A stretch of DNA of 64,000 nucleotides, taken from Sumerlaeia bacterium. GTDB taxonomy: Bacteria; Sumerlaeota; Sumerlaeia; SLMS01; JAHLLQ01. The stretch spans positions 10,621-74,620 of the forward strand of contig JAVJSW010000073.1 in assembly GCA_040219255.1 (NCBI GenBank), in the 5' to 3' direction. The translations under genes were made by a program, and so were the position numbers. The notes under the pieces are model-generated. The model was given only the letters and a program-made list of their open reading frames with translations, was not told where the DNA came from and ran no database searches. Below, piece by piece: positions 27,361 through 38,242 of the stretch (position 1 is its first letter; the number at the start of each line of letters is the position of its first letter).

Positions 27361-28290
27361 ATGAGTAAGCGTCTGACCGTTGCCCTGCCCACCTACAACC
27401 GCGAGTCGATGCTGCGCCCCGCCATCGAGAGCGTCCTCAAGTGTCCCCGCCAGGACTTCGAACTCCTCATCGTGGACAACGCCAGCAAGGACAAGACCGG
27501 CGAACTGGTGGCCTCCTTCGACGATCCCCGCATCGTGTACAAGCGCTACGATGAAGTGGTCAGCATGTACGCCAACCACAACCGCTGCATTCGAGACGCG
27601 AATTCGGAGTGGGTGGCGTTCCTTCACAGCGACGACAAATTCAGCGACCTGGAAAACGCCTTCAAGCTCCTTGACGAGCACGGCGAGAGCGCTGACGTGG
27701 TCTGGACTCATTCCTACATCCCGGCGCGCCACAACCACCAGCGGCTGACCTGGCGGGAAATCCTCAAGATGCTCAACGGCTACTCGCCCTGCGGAAAGCT
27801 CTATCGGGCTTCGGCGGTCGAGAACGCCGGGTTTTTCGCCGAGGACAATATCATCTCCGACTGGGAAACCTGCCTGCATATCGCCTATGGCGGCGGGACC
27901 ATCGTGGTGGATCAGGACAAGCCGTTCGTGGAGCGCGTTTTCCATGAGGGCCAATCGCAGGTTGGCATCAAGTACGACGGCACCTTCTACACGCACCGGG
28001 CCCGATGCGTGAAACGCTTCTTCGCCAGCATCCGGCCCGAAGATCGCGAGGCGCTGCTCGACGAAATCGCGTCCGATTGGGACGGGGTCAAGTCTCGAGA
28101 ACTGGCGCTGCTGTTGAACCTGGCGGGTCGCCGCGGCGACGCCCGCGAAGTCATCGCCCGCTCAACCGAAAGCGGCCGCCTGAAGCTCTCCGCCAAGGCG
28201 AAGTTCAAGAACCTGATCGCTTCCGCTCTGGGCGAGCGGCATTATGAAAAAGTCTACTGGATTCTCGGCCCGATGACCCGGCCCCGCTAA
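27361..28290 (+). CDS. Glycosyltransferase family 2
   Basis: LPTYNR, VDNASKD and FLHSDD motifs. Confidence 0.9.
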   Translation: MSKRLTVALPTYNRESMLRPAIESVLKCPRQDFELLIVDNASKDKTGELVASFDDPRIVYKRYDEVVSMYANHNRCIRDANSEWVAFLHSDDKFSDLENAFKLLDEHGESADVVWTHSYIPARHNHQRLTWREILKMLNGYSPCGKLYRASAVENAGFFAEDNIISDWETCLHIAYGGGTIVVDQDKPFVERVFHEGQSQVGIKYDGTFYTHRARCVKRFFASIRPEDREALLDEIASDWDGVKSRELALLLNLAGRRGDAREVIARSTESGRLKLSAKAKFKNLIASALGERHYEKVYWILGPMTRPR

Positions 28291-28306
28291 GGAGAACGCT
28301 GTCGTT

Positions 28307-29500
28307 TTGGAAACGCTCACCGAGCCAGAAACGAATTCGACCCCGGCGTCTGACGAAATCGCCAGAGCGCCGCGCGTGGCGTTTTACCTGCCGTCGCTGG
28401 CTGGCGGGGGAGCGGAACGGACCATTCTCAAACTGGCGGCGCGATTCTCCGAAATCGGCATCCCTACCGATTTGGTTCTGGCTAAGGTCAAGGGGGCCTA
28501 CACCGGCGATGTGCCGGAAGCGATACGCGTACTGGAAATCGGCTCCACGTCGGTCAAGCAGCGCCTGCCCTGGCTGATGAAGTACCTGCGGCGCGAGCGG
28601 CCCCACGCTATGATCACGGCCCTGGATCACGGAAATGTAGCGGGCATCGCCAAGAAGCTGAGCCTTTCCAGGACGCGCGTTATCTACACGATTCGCAATC
28701 AGTTGTCCTTGGAACTGGGCCCCAATCGCGTGGCCAAAGAGCAGGCCCGCAGCTTTCATATCGCCAAGCGCTTCTTTCGCTGGGCCGACGCGGTGGTGGG
28801 CGTGTCCGACGGCGTTTGCGACGATTTCGCCGACTTCGCCGATTTTCCCCGCCATCGAATCCAGACGATCTACAACCCGATCGTGACGCCGCTCCTGCTC
28901 GAGCAGGCGGAGGCGGGTGTGCCGGACCATCCGTTCTTTCATCGCGAGGACCGCCAGCCGATCATCGTCGGCGCCGGGAGGCTGTCTTCCCAGAAGAACT
29001 TCCCCTGCCTGATGAAGGCCTTCGCGAAGATGCGTCGGGAAATGCCGAGCCGGCTGCTCATTCTCGGCAAGGGAGAATTGCTCGAGAAGCTAGAGAGTCT
29101 CGGGAAGGACCTCGGCCTGGGTCCGGACGATTTCGATCTGCCGGGATTTCAGGCCAATCCCTACCGGTATTTCCGTCATGCCGATCTGTTCGTTTTGTCG
29201 TCGAACTTCGAGGGCCTCCCCGGCGCCCTGAGCGAAGCGCTGGCCTGCGGTTGCCCGGTGGTCTCGACCGATTGCCCAAGCGGTCCGAGGGAAATTCTCG
29301 AGGACGGGCGATGGGGCGAACTGGTGCCGGTCGACGATCCGGATGCCTTGGCCGCCGCGATGCTGCGAACGCTTCGCAATCCGCCGAAGCGCGAGATCTG
29401 CCGCGCCCGGGGCATGGCTTTTTCCCAGGACCGCTCGGTGGCGAATTATCTGAAGATCATCGGGCTCGGCCAGTTCGCTCCGGAGAACTCGCCGTCATGA
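28307..29500 (+). CDS. Glycosyltransferase family 4
   Basis: GGGAER, GRL..QK, SNFEGLPGALSEALACG and STDCPSGPREIL motifs. Confidence 0.93.
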   Translation: METLTEPETNSTPASDEIARAPRVAFYLPSLAGGGAERTILKLAARFSEIGIPTDLVLAKVKGAYTGDVPEAIRVLEIGSTSVKQRLPWLMKYLRRERPHAMITALDHGNVAGIAKKLSLSRTRVIYTIRNQLSLELGPNRVAKEQARSFHIAKRFFRWADAVVGVSDGVCDDFADFADFPRHRIQTIYNPIVTPLLLEQAEAGVPDHPFFHREDRQPIIVGAGRLSSQKNFPCLMKAFAKMRREMPSRLLILGKGELLEKLESLGKDLGLGPDDFDLPGFQANPYRYFRHADLFVLSSNFEGLPGALSEALACGCPVVSTDCPSGPREILEDGRWGELVPVDDPDALAAAMLRTLRNPPKREICRARGMAFSQDRSVANYLKIIGLGQFAPENSPS

Positions 29501-30759
29501 CCAAGCGCAAGATCCTCATCAGTGGCGGGCTCGCCGGGGGCGGCATCAAGACCATCGTCAAGAACGTCCTCCAACTGCTCGCGCGGGAAGACGCCGAAGT
29601 CACGGTGCTCTCTCTGCAAAGCCATTGGACGCCCGAGGATTTCCGCGACGTCGAGGGCAGCGGGGCCCGATTCGTTTATCCAAAGAGCCCGCTTCTCAAA
29701 CTGCCCCACGGAGCCAAAATCGAAGCGATTCTGACCTGGCCCCTGAGGCTTCGCCGAGACTTCGATGTGCTCTACTGCATCGGCCATTCGAAAGTCCACG
29801 CCCCACTGCGCAAGTTTCTCGGGCCCGGGGGCCTCAGCATCTATCACGAGGTGGTGGAAGCGCCCCATCCGGACGTTCGCGATGGCTCGGCGAAAATCCG
29901 CGACATCATGGTACACGATGGTATTGTGGCGACATCGCGCGATATCGCCGAGCGGATGCGCCCCTTCTTTCCCGCCAAACCGATGACGGTGATTCCATCG
30001 CTTCTGGAGCACGTCCCCGCCCCCGTGAATCGCAGGCCGGGCCCCGTTTCCGCCGACGGCAAGCTCAACGTGGCCTATCTGAGCCGCATCGCGAAGCAGA
30101 AGTTTCCCCACTGGCTGGTGGCGCGATGGAAGGAATGGACCGAACGGCCCGGGCCTTTGCAGGGTGCTCGGCTGAACCTCTATGCCAGTACCAAGGCCAA
30201 TGAAACCAAGGACTCGGCTCTTGTGCTCGATCAAATTCTGCGGACCATTCAGAAGGACGATCTGGCTGGCCAGGTGATCCTCCACCGCACGGAGTTCCGA
30301 GGCGAGGACCGGATGGAAAAGCTCCGCGCCGTTTTTGCCGAATCCGACCTGATCGCGTTGCCCTCGTTTTACGAGGGCCTGCCACTTAGCCTGGTGGAAG
30401 CGATGCTCCATGGCGTGCCCATCGTGGCCCTGGCTTCAGGGGGAATTGCCGAATTGGGCGATGACAATCCGGATGCGGAAATCGCCGATTTCCTCCTGTC
30501 CGACGGGCACGATCCGAACTTCGCCCGCTTCGAGGCGGCGCTGTTCCGCATCGCCGAACGCATCCAATCCGGGGAAAACGATCCCCAGCGCCTCCACAAA
30601 TGGACTAACGAGCGCTACGGGTACGAGGTGGCCCGGGCGAGATGGGTCCGGGCTTTCTTCGAGACCGATGAGTTTCTGGCGGCACTGCGAAATGAGCCGG
30701 TCAGGCAAGCTTCCAAGTCCGGCGACGAGTCCTCCGCGGCGGCGGCCAGCGTTTCGTGA
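29497..30759 (+). CDS. Glycosyltransferase family 4 (divergent)
   Basis: LPSFYEGLPLSLVEAM..GVP motif; ATGA overlap with upstream gene. Confidence 0.85.
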   Translation: MTKRKILISGGLAGGGIKTIVKNVLQLLAREDAEVTVLSLQSHWTPEDFRDVEGSGARFVYPKSPLLKLPHGAKIEAILTWPLRLRRDFDVLYCIGHSKVHAPLRKFLGPGGLSIYHEVVEAPHPDVRDGSAKIRDIMVHDGIVATSRDIAERMRPFFPAKPMTVIPSLLEHVPAPVNRRPGPVSADGKLNVAYLSRIAKQKFPHWLVARWKEWTERPGPLQGARLNLYASTKANETKDSALVLDQILRTIQKDDLAGQVILHRTEFRGEDRMEKLRAVFAESDLIALPSFYEGLPLSLVEAMLHGVPIVALASGGIAELGDDNPDAEIADFLLSDGHDPNFARFEAALFRIAERIQSGENDPQRLHKWTNERYGYEVARARWVRAFFETDEFLAALRNEPVRQASKSGDESSAAAASVS

Positions 30760-32018
30760 CCCCGACCTCGCCTCCGCGGTTTCTCCTGGCAATGCTCGGC
30801 GCGCGGCGGCACTATGCGGTGCCGCAAATCCTCCACCGGGCCGGCATGCTGTCCCACTTCGTTACGGATCTGACGAGCGCCCGGGGGTTGCCTTCCCTGC
30901 TGACCCATTTGCCCCAGCGCCTCCTTCCCGCATCCCTGCGCCGCATCGCCCAGCGCCGACCCAAGTCCATCCCCTCAAGCCACATCACCGCCTTCAATGG
31001 CTTCGGGTTGGAGTATGCCCGGCGTCTCAAAGCTGCCCGGACTCCCGGCGACCGCACCGCCGCCTTCCTTTGGAGCGGCAGGAAGTTCACCTCACTCATT
31101 TTGGAAAAGGGGCTGCTCGATCGGCGGCGCGGTGGCGGCACAAACGCCGTCTATACCTTCAACAGCGCCGGCCTCGAGCTTCTCCACGCCGCCCGGCAGC
31201 GCGGCCTGCTCGCCGTGATGGACCAAACGATTGCCCCGAAAGCCTACGAATCCTATTTGCTGCACCTCGCACACGACCGTTTTCCCGAATGGGATGTGGC
31301 GTTGGCGGAGGACCCGCTGCGGGGCGAGTACGCCGAGCGCGAAAAGGCCGAGTGGGACGCGGCGGATTGGATCGTCTGCGGCTCGGAATTCGTGCGCCAG
31401 GGCATCGTCTGGTCCGGCGGGGCCGAAGGCAAGTGTCTCGTCGTTCCTTACGGCACCAGCCACGCCCATCCGGGGATCGAGCCCCGCCGGCGTCCGGAGG
31501 GCCGCAAGCTGCGGGTGCTTTTCCTGGGCCAGGTGAACCTGCGAAAAGGCATTCCGGTGGTATACGACGCCGCCCGCTCCCTGGCAGGAAAAGCGGAATT
31601 CCGCGTCGTCGGCCCTGTTCTCGTTCCTGACGGGGCCCGCGAGAAGTTGTCCCAGGTGGCCGAAGTGCTTGGATCGGTTCCCCGCTCTGATGTTCATCGG
31701 CACTACGAATGGGCCGACGTGTTTGTTTTTCCCTCGCTTTGCGAGGGCTCCGCGGGGGTGACTTACGAGGCCTTGGCCTGTGGCCTGCCGCTGATCACGA
31801 CGGAGAATTCCGGCAGCATCGTCCGCGACGGAGAGGATGGGTTCATCGTTCCGGTCATGGAAAGCGAACCGGTCGTCGCGGCGCTGGAGCGCCTCCTGTC
31901 GGAGCCGGGCCTGTTGGAGACGATGAGCCGAGGTGCGCTGGAGCGAGCCGCACACGGAACGTCCGCTTCCTATCAGGGGCGGCTGGTCTGCGAATTGGCG
32001 GGATTGGCGAATCGCTGA
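30756..32018 (+). CDS. Glycosyltransferase family 4
   Basis: GARRHY, RKG and FPSLCEGSAGVTYEALACGLP motifs. Confidence 0.9.
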   Translation: MTPTSPPRFLLAMLGARRHYAVPQILHRAGMLSHFVTDLTSARGLPSLLTHLPQRLLPASLRRIAQRRPKSIPSSHITAFNGFGLEYARRLKAARTPGDRTAAFLWSGRKFTSLILEKGLLDRRRGGGTNAVYTFNSAGLELLHAARQRGLLAVMDQTIAPKAYESYLLHLAHDRFPEWDVALAEDPLRGEYAEREKAEWDAADWIVCGSEFVRQGIVWSGGAEGKCLVVPYGTSHAHPGIEPRRRPEGRKLRVLFLGQVNLRKGIPVVYDAARSLAGKAEFRVVGPVLVPDGAREKLSQVAEVLGSVPRSDVHRHYEWADVFVFPSLCEGSAGVTYEALACGLPLITTENSGSIVRDGEDGFIVPVMESEPVVAALERLLSEPGLLETMSRGALERAAHGTSASYQGRLVCELAGLANR

Positions 32019-32078
32019 AGGGGGCGTCAGCGCGCTCTCTCGGCTCAAGCATTACACGTTTCGAGGTCGAATAGTCGT

Positions 32079-33209
32079 ATGAAAGTCTTACTGTCTTGCA
32101 CGGGCGTCGGGATTATGACCCGGGGCATCGAAACCTTTGCCAGAGAATGCTTCGACGGCCTGCATGGGATGCAGGGTCTGAACATCAAGCTCGTTAGGGG
32201 CCGGGGCGAAGGAGGGGAGGATGAAATTCGCGTGCGCTGTATTCGGCGCGACAACCCGGTGGCGGACCGGTTGGCTAAGCTGACCGGCCGCAACGGCTAT
32301 GTGGTCGAGCAGTTGAGTTCCCTTCCCGCCATTATCAAGGTCATCCGCGAGTTCCAGCCCGACGTGGTCTTCAGCAGCGAAGCCAACCTGTTGTTCCAAC
32401 TCTATAAACGGCGCGCCAAGATCGGCGTGCCTTACCGGACGCTGTTTTCGAACGGCGGGCCGACGCATCCGCCCTTTGTCCGGCGCGATCACGTTCAGCA
32501 GGTGGCTCCGTTCTACCTCGAGGAGGCCCTCGAGGCGGGCGAACCGGAAGCCAAGCACACGCTCGTTCCCTACGGCATCAAGGTTCCTTCCGGCGTCCTG
32601 GAACCGGTGGGGGTGGAAGAAAAAGCCGCTCTCCGGAAACGGCTCGGATTGCCGGGGGACCGGCCCGTCGTTCTCTCGGTGGGCTGGATCAGCACCAAGT
32701 CCCACAAGCGCCCCCAGTACCTGATCCGCGAAATGGCGAAGCTGGGCCAGCCACGCCCCTTCCTGATGATGCTGGGTCATCTGGACGAAGATTCGGAAAC
32801 CGTTCTGGCGGAGGCCCGCGACCTGCTGGGCGAGGAGAATTTCCTGGCGCGCTCCGTTCCCTACGAAGAAGTGAACGATTACTATCGCTGCTCCGACGTT
32901 TTTGCCCTGGCGAGTCTCTCCGAAGGCTTCGGAAGGGTTTACCTCGAGGCCATGATCAACGGCCTGCCAATCGTCTGCCACGATCACCCCGTGATGCGGT
33001 ACGTGGTCGGTGACGGAGGGCACTTCGGTGACTTCAACGAGCCGGAGGGTATGGCCCCGATCCTGCGGAAGTTGATGGACGGCGGGGCTCCGATCGGCCA
33101 GGACCCGGCTCTTCGCGAGTCGGTAAGGAAGCGCTTTTCATGGGAAACTCTCCAACCGCGCTATTTGGAGATGTTTCATCGTTGCGCGGCGATGCCACTC
33201 CCCGCATAG
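32079..33209 (+). CDS. Glycosyltransferase family 4
   Basis: RGIETF and ASLSEGFGRVYLEAM..GLP motifs. Confidence 0.9.
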   Translation: MKVLLSCTGVGIMTRGIETFARECFDGLHGMQGLNIKLVRGRGEGGEDEIRVRCIRRDNPVADRLAKLTGRNGYVVEQLSSLPAIIKVIREFQPDVVFSSEANLLFQLYKRRAKIGVPYRTLFSNGGPTHPPFVRRDHVQQVAPFYLEEALEAGEPEAKHTLVPYGIKVPSGVLEPVGVEEKAALRKRLGLPGDRPVVLSVGWISTKSHKRPQYLIREMAKLGQPRPFLMMLGHLDEDSETVLAEARDLLGEENFLARSVPYEEVNDYYRCSDVFALASLSEGFGRVYLEAMINGLPIVCHDHPVMRYVVGDGGHFGDFNEPEGMAPILRKLMDGGAPIGQDPALRESVRKRFSWETLQPRYLEMFHRCAAMPLPA

Positions 33210-33240
33210 TTATCAGAACCTCGACGAGGCACGAAATCGC

Positions 33241-34560
33241 ATGACGACCCTCCTCCTGGCGGTGCTCTTCCTCTCCAACTTCTCTGTGCTTGCCTGGTGT
33301 TTCATCAAGCGTGAGCGGATCTATGAGTACCCCTTCTTCCTGGGTGGCATCTTCGCCGTGTTCGTGCTTCCGCAGGCGTTGGCGCTGGCTCAAAATCCCG
33401 AACCGATGTCAACGCAGGCGGTGAATCGCATCTTCGTGGTGTCGATTCTGTGTCTCTTGGGCGGCTTCGCCGGCTACTTCGTCTATCGGCCCAAACCCTC
33501 CACGCTCAGCCGTTTCGACTCTCATCTTCATCCGGTCCGGGTGTTCCACGCAGGCATTCTGTTCCTCGTTGTCGGTCTCGTCAGCTTTCGACTGATGCTC
33601 CAATCCGCCACGGCGGGCTCCTCCAGCATCGGCAATTTCACGGGTTGGTCGACCAAGTTCCACTTCTTCAGCCAGCTCGTCTATCCGGCACTTGCCATCT
33701 TGATCTTCAACGCCATTCGCAAGAAAACGCTCGGGTCCTATATCCTGGTTCTCGCCGCGGCCGCCATGCCCTTGCGAAGCGCGATCAAATGGGGGCGGCG
33801 TGAAGACATGGCGACGCTGGCGCTGACGATCGGCATCGCACTTTTCTTCGAGAAGGGCTATAAGGTCAATCGTGCCGTGGCTTTGGGCGGCTTGCTCTTT
33901 GTCGCCGTCGCCATTCCCTTCACCACGATTTATCGCCAGTACTCCCGCGATGGCCGCTACTCCGAGATGCTCCAGTACAACCCCGTGGAGATTTTCATCG
34001 AGCACGTCAACGCTGGTGAGGTGCTCGAACTCAGAAATGCCGCCTATTACGCGGACACCGCTCTCGTGACCAATACCATCGCGTACGGCACCGGCTATTG
34101 GGACACGATGGTCTTCCGTTTTGTCCCGGCCCAGTTCGTCGGCGCCGAATTCAAGAACAGCCTCCGTTTCAAAATCGGCCGCGAAATCCACCCGGATATC
34201 AAGTACGCCATTCACCCTGGCACAACCAAGACCGGCATGGGCGATACCTTCGAGCAACTCGGTTACTTCGGCTTTGTCGTCTTCCTCATCATTGGTGCAA
34301 TCTTCCGGTTCGTGTGGAGCCTCGCCCGAGAACGGGAGAATGTCGCCGCCCAGGTCATGTACGTCACCCTCGTCCCATCCGCCATGACCTCCGTCACCCA
34401 CGGAACGATGCGCTTCTTTCCCGACTTCGTGTTCCTCCTCGTCTTCATCGGCATCATGGTGCTCCACGCCCGCACCCGCCGAGTCATCGTCATCCCCAAT
34501 TCGCGATCACGCCAACCCCAAGTCGCCGCCATGCAACCCCGATGGAACACGCCGCAATGA
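33241..34560 (+). CDS. wzy: Putative Wzy-type polysaccharide polymerase
   Basis: About 10-11 TM with a large periplasmic loop, GRR motif, embedded among glycosyltransferases. Confidence 0.65.
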   Translation: MTTLLLAVLFLSNFSVLAWCFIKRERIYEYPFFLGGIFAVFVLPQALALAQNPEPMSTQAVNRIFVVSILCLLGGFAGYFVYRPKPSTLSRFDSHLHPVRVFHAGILFLVVGLVSFRLMLQSATAGSSSIGNFTGWSTKFHFFSQLVYPALAILIFNAIRKKTLGSYILVLAAAAMPLRSAIKWGRREDMATLALTIGIALFFEKGYKVNRAVALGGLLFVAVAIPFTTIYRQYSRDGRYSEMLQYNPVEIFIEHVNAGEVLELRNAAYYADTALVTNTIAYGTGYWDTMVFRFVPAQFVGAEFKNSLRFKIGREIHPDIKYAIHPGTTKTGMGDTFEQLGYFGFVVFLIIGAIFRFVWSLARERENVAAQVMYVTLVPSAMTSVTHGTMRFFPDFVFLLVFIGIMVLHARTRRVIVIPNSRSRQPQVAAMQPRWNTPQ

Positions 34561-35825
34561 CCCTGAGCGCTCCCGCCTCCGACCCCACCTCGTCCTACGA
34601 GCCGGCCGCCGAGACAGTCGCCGCCGGGCCTCTAGCGATCCTGTTCCACCGCTTCGGCCCTTATCACCGGGCCCGCATCGAGGGCGCCGCCCAGTTCGGT
34701 CCGGTCCTCGCCATTGAAATGTCGAGCCGCACCAGCGTCTACGCCTGGGACCCGGTCGAGTTGAGCGGCGACGTGCGCCGCGAAACGCTCTTCAAGGACT
34801 CTGACTCGCGCGAGCAGGACTTCGCCACCCTTTACGCCCGCATCGACCAGGTTCTCTCCGAGGCCAGACCCTGCGCCGTCGCTGTCAATGGCTGGTCCGA
34901 CAACGGAGCGCTCGCGTCGCTCCTCTGGTGCCGCAAGAATGCCGTGCCAGCCATCGTGATGTCGGAAACGCAGGAGCGCGATTTCGCCCGCGTCGGCTGG
35001 AAAGAATGGATCAAGCGGCGCATCGTCGGCGGCTTCTCCGCCGGCTTCGGAGGCGGGCACAACCACACCGCTTACCTGGCCAAGCTCGGCCTGCCGCGGG
35101 ACTCGCTCTTCATCGGTTACGACGCCGTGGACAACGCCCATTTCCGCGAGAAATCCGCCGCCGCACGCCAGGACCCCGCCGCCGCCCGCGCCACACACGG
35201 TATCCCGGAACGCCCCTTTATTCTGACCTCCAATCGCTTCATCGAGAAAAAAAACCTCGCCCGCGTGCTCGACGCCTTCGCCCTCTATCGCAAGGAAGCC
35301 CCCCAAACCTCCCGCCTCTGGGACCTCGTGTTGCTCGGTGACGGAGACTTGCGAGCCGATTTGGAAGCCCGCGTCGCCGAGCACGGCCTGCAGGACCACG
35401 TCCACTTCTGTGGCTTTCGCCAGTACGACGAACTGCCCGCCTGGTACGGACTCACGGACCTCTTTCTTCACGCCAGCACCACCGAGCAATGGGGCCTCGT
35501 CGTCAACGAAGCCATGGCGGCTGGCCTGCCGGTCGTCGTTTCGGAAGCCTGCGGGTCCTCCGAACTGGTGGCCGACGGCGAAAGCGGTTACCGCTTCGAT
35601 CCCCTGGAAATGCGCCAGTTGGCGGACATTCTGCTCAAGATGGCTGCAGACCCGGAGAAGCTCTCCGCCATGGGCGAACGAGGTGCCGAGTTGATCGCCG
35701 ATTACTCGCCCGCAACCTTTGGCGAGGGCATCTGGCGCGCCGTCGAAGCCGCCCGCCGCAACGGAGCCAAGCCCCTCAATTTCCTCGATGCGCTGATCGT
35801 GCGCTACTGCCACCCGCGATCATGA
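34557..35825 (+). CDS. Glycosyltransferase family 4
   Basis: GPYHRAR, RFIEKKN and EQWGLVVNEAMAAGLP motifs. Confidence 0.92.
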   Translation: MTLSAPASDPTSSYEPAAETVAAGPLAILFHRFGPYHRARIEGAAQFGPVLAIEMSSRTSVYAWDPVELSGDVRRETLFKDSDSREQDFATLYARIDQVLSEARPCAVAVNGWSDNGALASLLWCRKNAVPAIVMSETQERDFARVGWKEWIKRRIVGGFSAGFGGGHNHTAYLAKLGLPRDSLFIGYDAVDNAHFREKSAAARQDPAAARATHGIPERPFILTSNRFIEKKNLARVLDAFALYRKEAPQTSRLWDLVLLGDGDLRADLEARVAEHGLQDHVHFCGFRQYDELPAWYGLTDLFLHASTTEQWGLVVNEAMAAGLPVVVSEACGSSELVADGESGYRFDPLEMRQLADILLKMAADPEKLSAMGERGAELIADYSPATFGEGIWRAVEAARRNGAKPLNFLDALIVRYCHPRS

Positions 35826-37078
35826 GATCCCCCGCCGCTCCGACCGAAGTCAACCCGGCGCCGGCTTCCCCCGCGCCGCCATCGCCGCTGACCGTGACCG
35901 TTCTGATGAGCGGTTGCTCGCGGCTCCAGGGCGGCATGTTCCATTCGATCCGGCGCCTGTGGCAAACGGCCCACGTCCGAGAAGGGATCGCCCCCCGCGT
36001 GCGCGCCGTGGCCGATCCTCACAGCGCCGAGGACAGCGCCACCTACGCCCCCATTCCCGTCGCGGTTTACCCCAGCACCTTCCCCCGCGTCGCTGCCTTC
36101 AGCAAACCGCTCGAAGCCGCCTGCCTCGCCGAGCCGCCCGCCCATGTCGTCTCCGTTCATGGCCTCTGGCAATACCACACGCGCGTCGCCCTGCGGCTCC
36201 AGCAAACCCATGGCACGCCCGTCATCGTGCATCCGCACGGCATGCTGGAGGAATGGGCGCTTCAGTTCTCCCGCTGGAAAAAGCGCCTCGTGGGCGGGCT
36301 CTGGCACGATCGATTCATGCGCGACGCCAACTGCTTCCGCGCCCTCACCCGCTCGGAGTGGCAAGACGTCCGCCGCCTTGGCCTGAAAACGCCGGTGGCT
36401 ATTATTCCGAACGGCATTTTGCTCGAGGACTACGCCGACCTGCCGGACGAGGATGCCTTCGCCGCCCGCTTTCCGGAAGCCGCCGGCCGCAAGCGACTCC
36501 TTTTCCTCTCGCGCATTCACCCGAAAAAAGGCCTGCCGCACCTGATCGAGGCGTGGAAGCAGGTCGCCGACGCGCGGGGCGACGACTGGGTCCTGATGAT
36601 CGCCGGACCGGACCAGTTGGGCCACGAGGCGGAGATGAGGACCCTCGCGGCGGACCTGGGAATCGCTGACGCCATTCATTTTACTGGGCCTCTTTACGAC
36701 GAAGACAAGCGCATCGCCCTCAGCGGCTCCCACGCCTTCGTCCTGCCGTCCTTCAGCGAAGGCTTCCCCGTGGCCGTGCTCGAAGCCTCCGCCTGTCGTC
36801 TGCCGATCGTGATGACGCCCCGATGCAATTTCCCCGAGTTGGAAGAAGCCGGCGGCGGTATCGTCTGCCAACCCGAGGTCGAATCGACCGCCGAGGCTCT
36901 GCGGCAGGTTCTCGCCATGTCCGACTCCGAGCGCGACGCCATGGGCGCGGCGGGCCGGCGCTTGGTCGAAGAACGATATAGCTGGGCGCAGGTTGCCCAC
37001 GCGATGGGCGGGGTGACGCGGTGGCTGGCGGCGGGGGCGAAAAAGGCTGAGGCGCCGGATTGCGTTGTCTTCGATTGA
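35822..37078 (+). CDS. Glycosyltransferase family 4
   Basis: HGLW, PHGML, SRIHPKKG and PSFSEGFPVAVLEA motifs. Confidence 0.92.
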   Translation: MRSPAAPTEVNPAPASPAPPSPLTVTVLMSGCSRLQGGMFHSIRRLWQTAHVREGIAPRVRAVADPHSAEDSATYAPIPVAVYPSTFPRVAAFSKPLEAACLAEPPAHVVSVHGLWQYHTRVALRLQQTHGTPVIVHPHGMLEEWALQFSRWKKRLVGGLWHDRFMRDANCFRALTRSEWQDVRRLGLKTPVAIIPNGILLEDYADLPDEDAFAARFPEAAGRKRLLFLSRIHPKKGLPHLIEAWKQVADARGDDWVLMIAGPDQLGHEAEMRTLAADLGIADAIHFTGPLYDEDKRIALSGSHAFVLPSFSEGFPVAVLEASACRLPIVMTPRCNFPELEEAGGGIVCQPEVESTAEALRQVLAMSDSERDAMGAAGRRLVEERYSWAQVAHAMGGVTRWLAAGAKKAEAPDCVVFD

Positions 37079-37159
37079 GTCGTAAGCGTAAAGAAACCAG
37101 CTCTGTGTAGCACTGGCGCCTCGCCCGTGACCAGCCAGCCTCCGCCTCCGGAACCCGCC

Positions 37160-38047
37160 CTACGCCCCTTCGTGCTTCAGCAAGCCCTGCAAGTACTGCG
37201 TATAGCTGGAGCCTTGCGGCATGCCCGCCAACAGCTCCGCGAACTCATCGCTGGAAATGAAACCCATGCGCCAGGCGACTTCCTCCGGGCAGCCGACTTT
37301 GAAGCCCTGACGCATCTCGATGGTTTCGATGAAGTTCGCCGCCGCCAGTAAGCTCTCGTGCGTGCCGGTGTCCAGCCACGCCACCCCGCGGCCCAGCTTC
37401 TGCACGCGTAACTTGCCTTCCCTCAGGTAATGGCGGTTGACGTCGGTGATTTCCAGTTCGCCCCGGGGAGAAGACTTCAGGTTGCGCGCTACTTCGACGA
37501 CATCGCCATCGTAAAAATACAGCCCCGGAACGGCGTAACGGCTCTTCGGAGCCCTGGGCTTTTCCTCGATCGAGATCGCATTGCCCGCGCTGTCGAAATC
37601 CACCACGCCGTAACGCTCCGGGTCGTTGACGGCGTAGGCGTAGACGACGCCGCCCTCGGTGAATTCGGTGGCGGCGCGGAAATCGCCGAGGCGCCCATAG
37701 AACATGTTGTCGCCCAGAATCAGGCTCACCCGGTCGTTTCCGATAAAGTGCTCGCCAATCAGGAAGGCTTGGGCGATGCCCTCCGGGGCCGGTTGTTCAG
37801 CATACTGGATCGAAAGGCCCCACTGCGAACCGTCGCCCAGCAACTCGTGAAAGCGCGGCAGATCGTGGGGCGTGGAAATCAGAAGGAAGTCACGAATGCC
37901 CAAGAGCATTTGGTGGCTCAGTGGGTAGTAGATCATCGGCTTGTCGTAAACCGGCATGAGTTGTTTGCTGGCCGACAGCGTCAGCGGATAGAGCCGCGTG
38001 CCCGAGCCACCGGCGAGCAGAATGCCTTTGAGAGTCGATGCGCACAT
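37160..38047 (-). CDS. rfbA: Glucose-1-phosphate thymidylyltransferase
   Basis: [16 protein letters not shown]...[24 protein letters not shown] and WLDTGT motifs. Confidence 0.97.
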   Translation of the reverse strand: MCASTLKGILLAGGSGTRLYPLTLSASKQLMPVYDKPMIYYPLSHQMLLGIRDFLLISTPHDLPRFHELLGDGSQWGLSIQYAEQPAPEGIAQAFLIGEHFIGNDRVSLILGDNMFYGRLGDFRAATEFTEGGVVYAYAVNDPERYGVVDFDSAGNAISIEEKPRAPKSRYAVPGLYFYDGDVVEVARNLKSSPRGELEITDVNRHYLREGKLRVQKLGRGVAWLDTGTHESLLAAANFIETIEMRQGFKVGCPEEVAWRMGFISSDEFAELLAGMPQGSSYTQYLQGLLKHEGA

Positions 38048-38242
38048 GGGCCGTCGGTTTCCTTTGGCTTCGCGAGGTCGGCGCCGCACGGGCGCGAGGC
38101 CTGGATAAAGCACCCCGCTGGCGGCTCCGCAACAGGCGACTGTGTGTTTGCGTCAGTCGCCGCAAAACCTTTTGCCCCGCAGCGCGGGAGCCCCGCTTCA
38201 TCGTCCGCCCGTCTCGACCGCAAACGCTTGGAAAGGCCCCTC

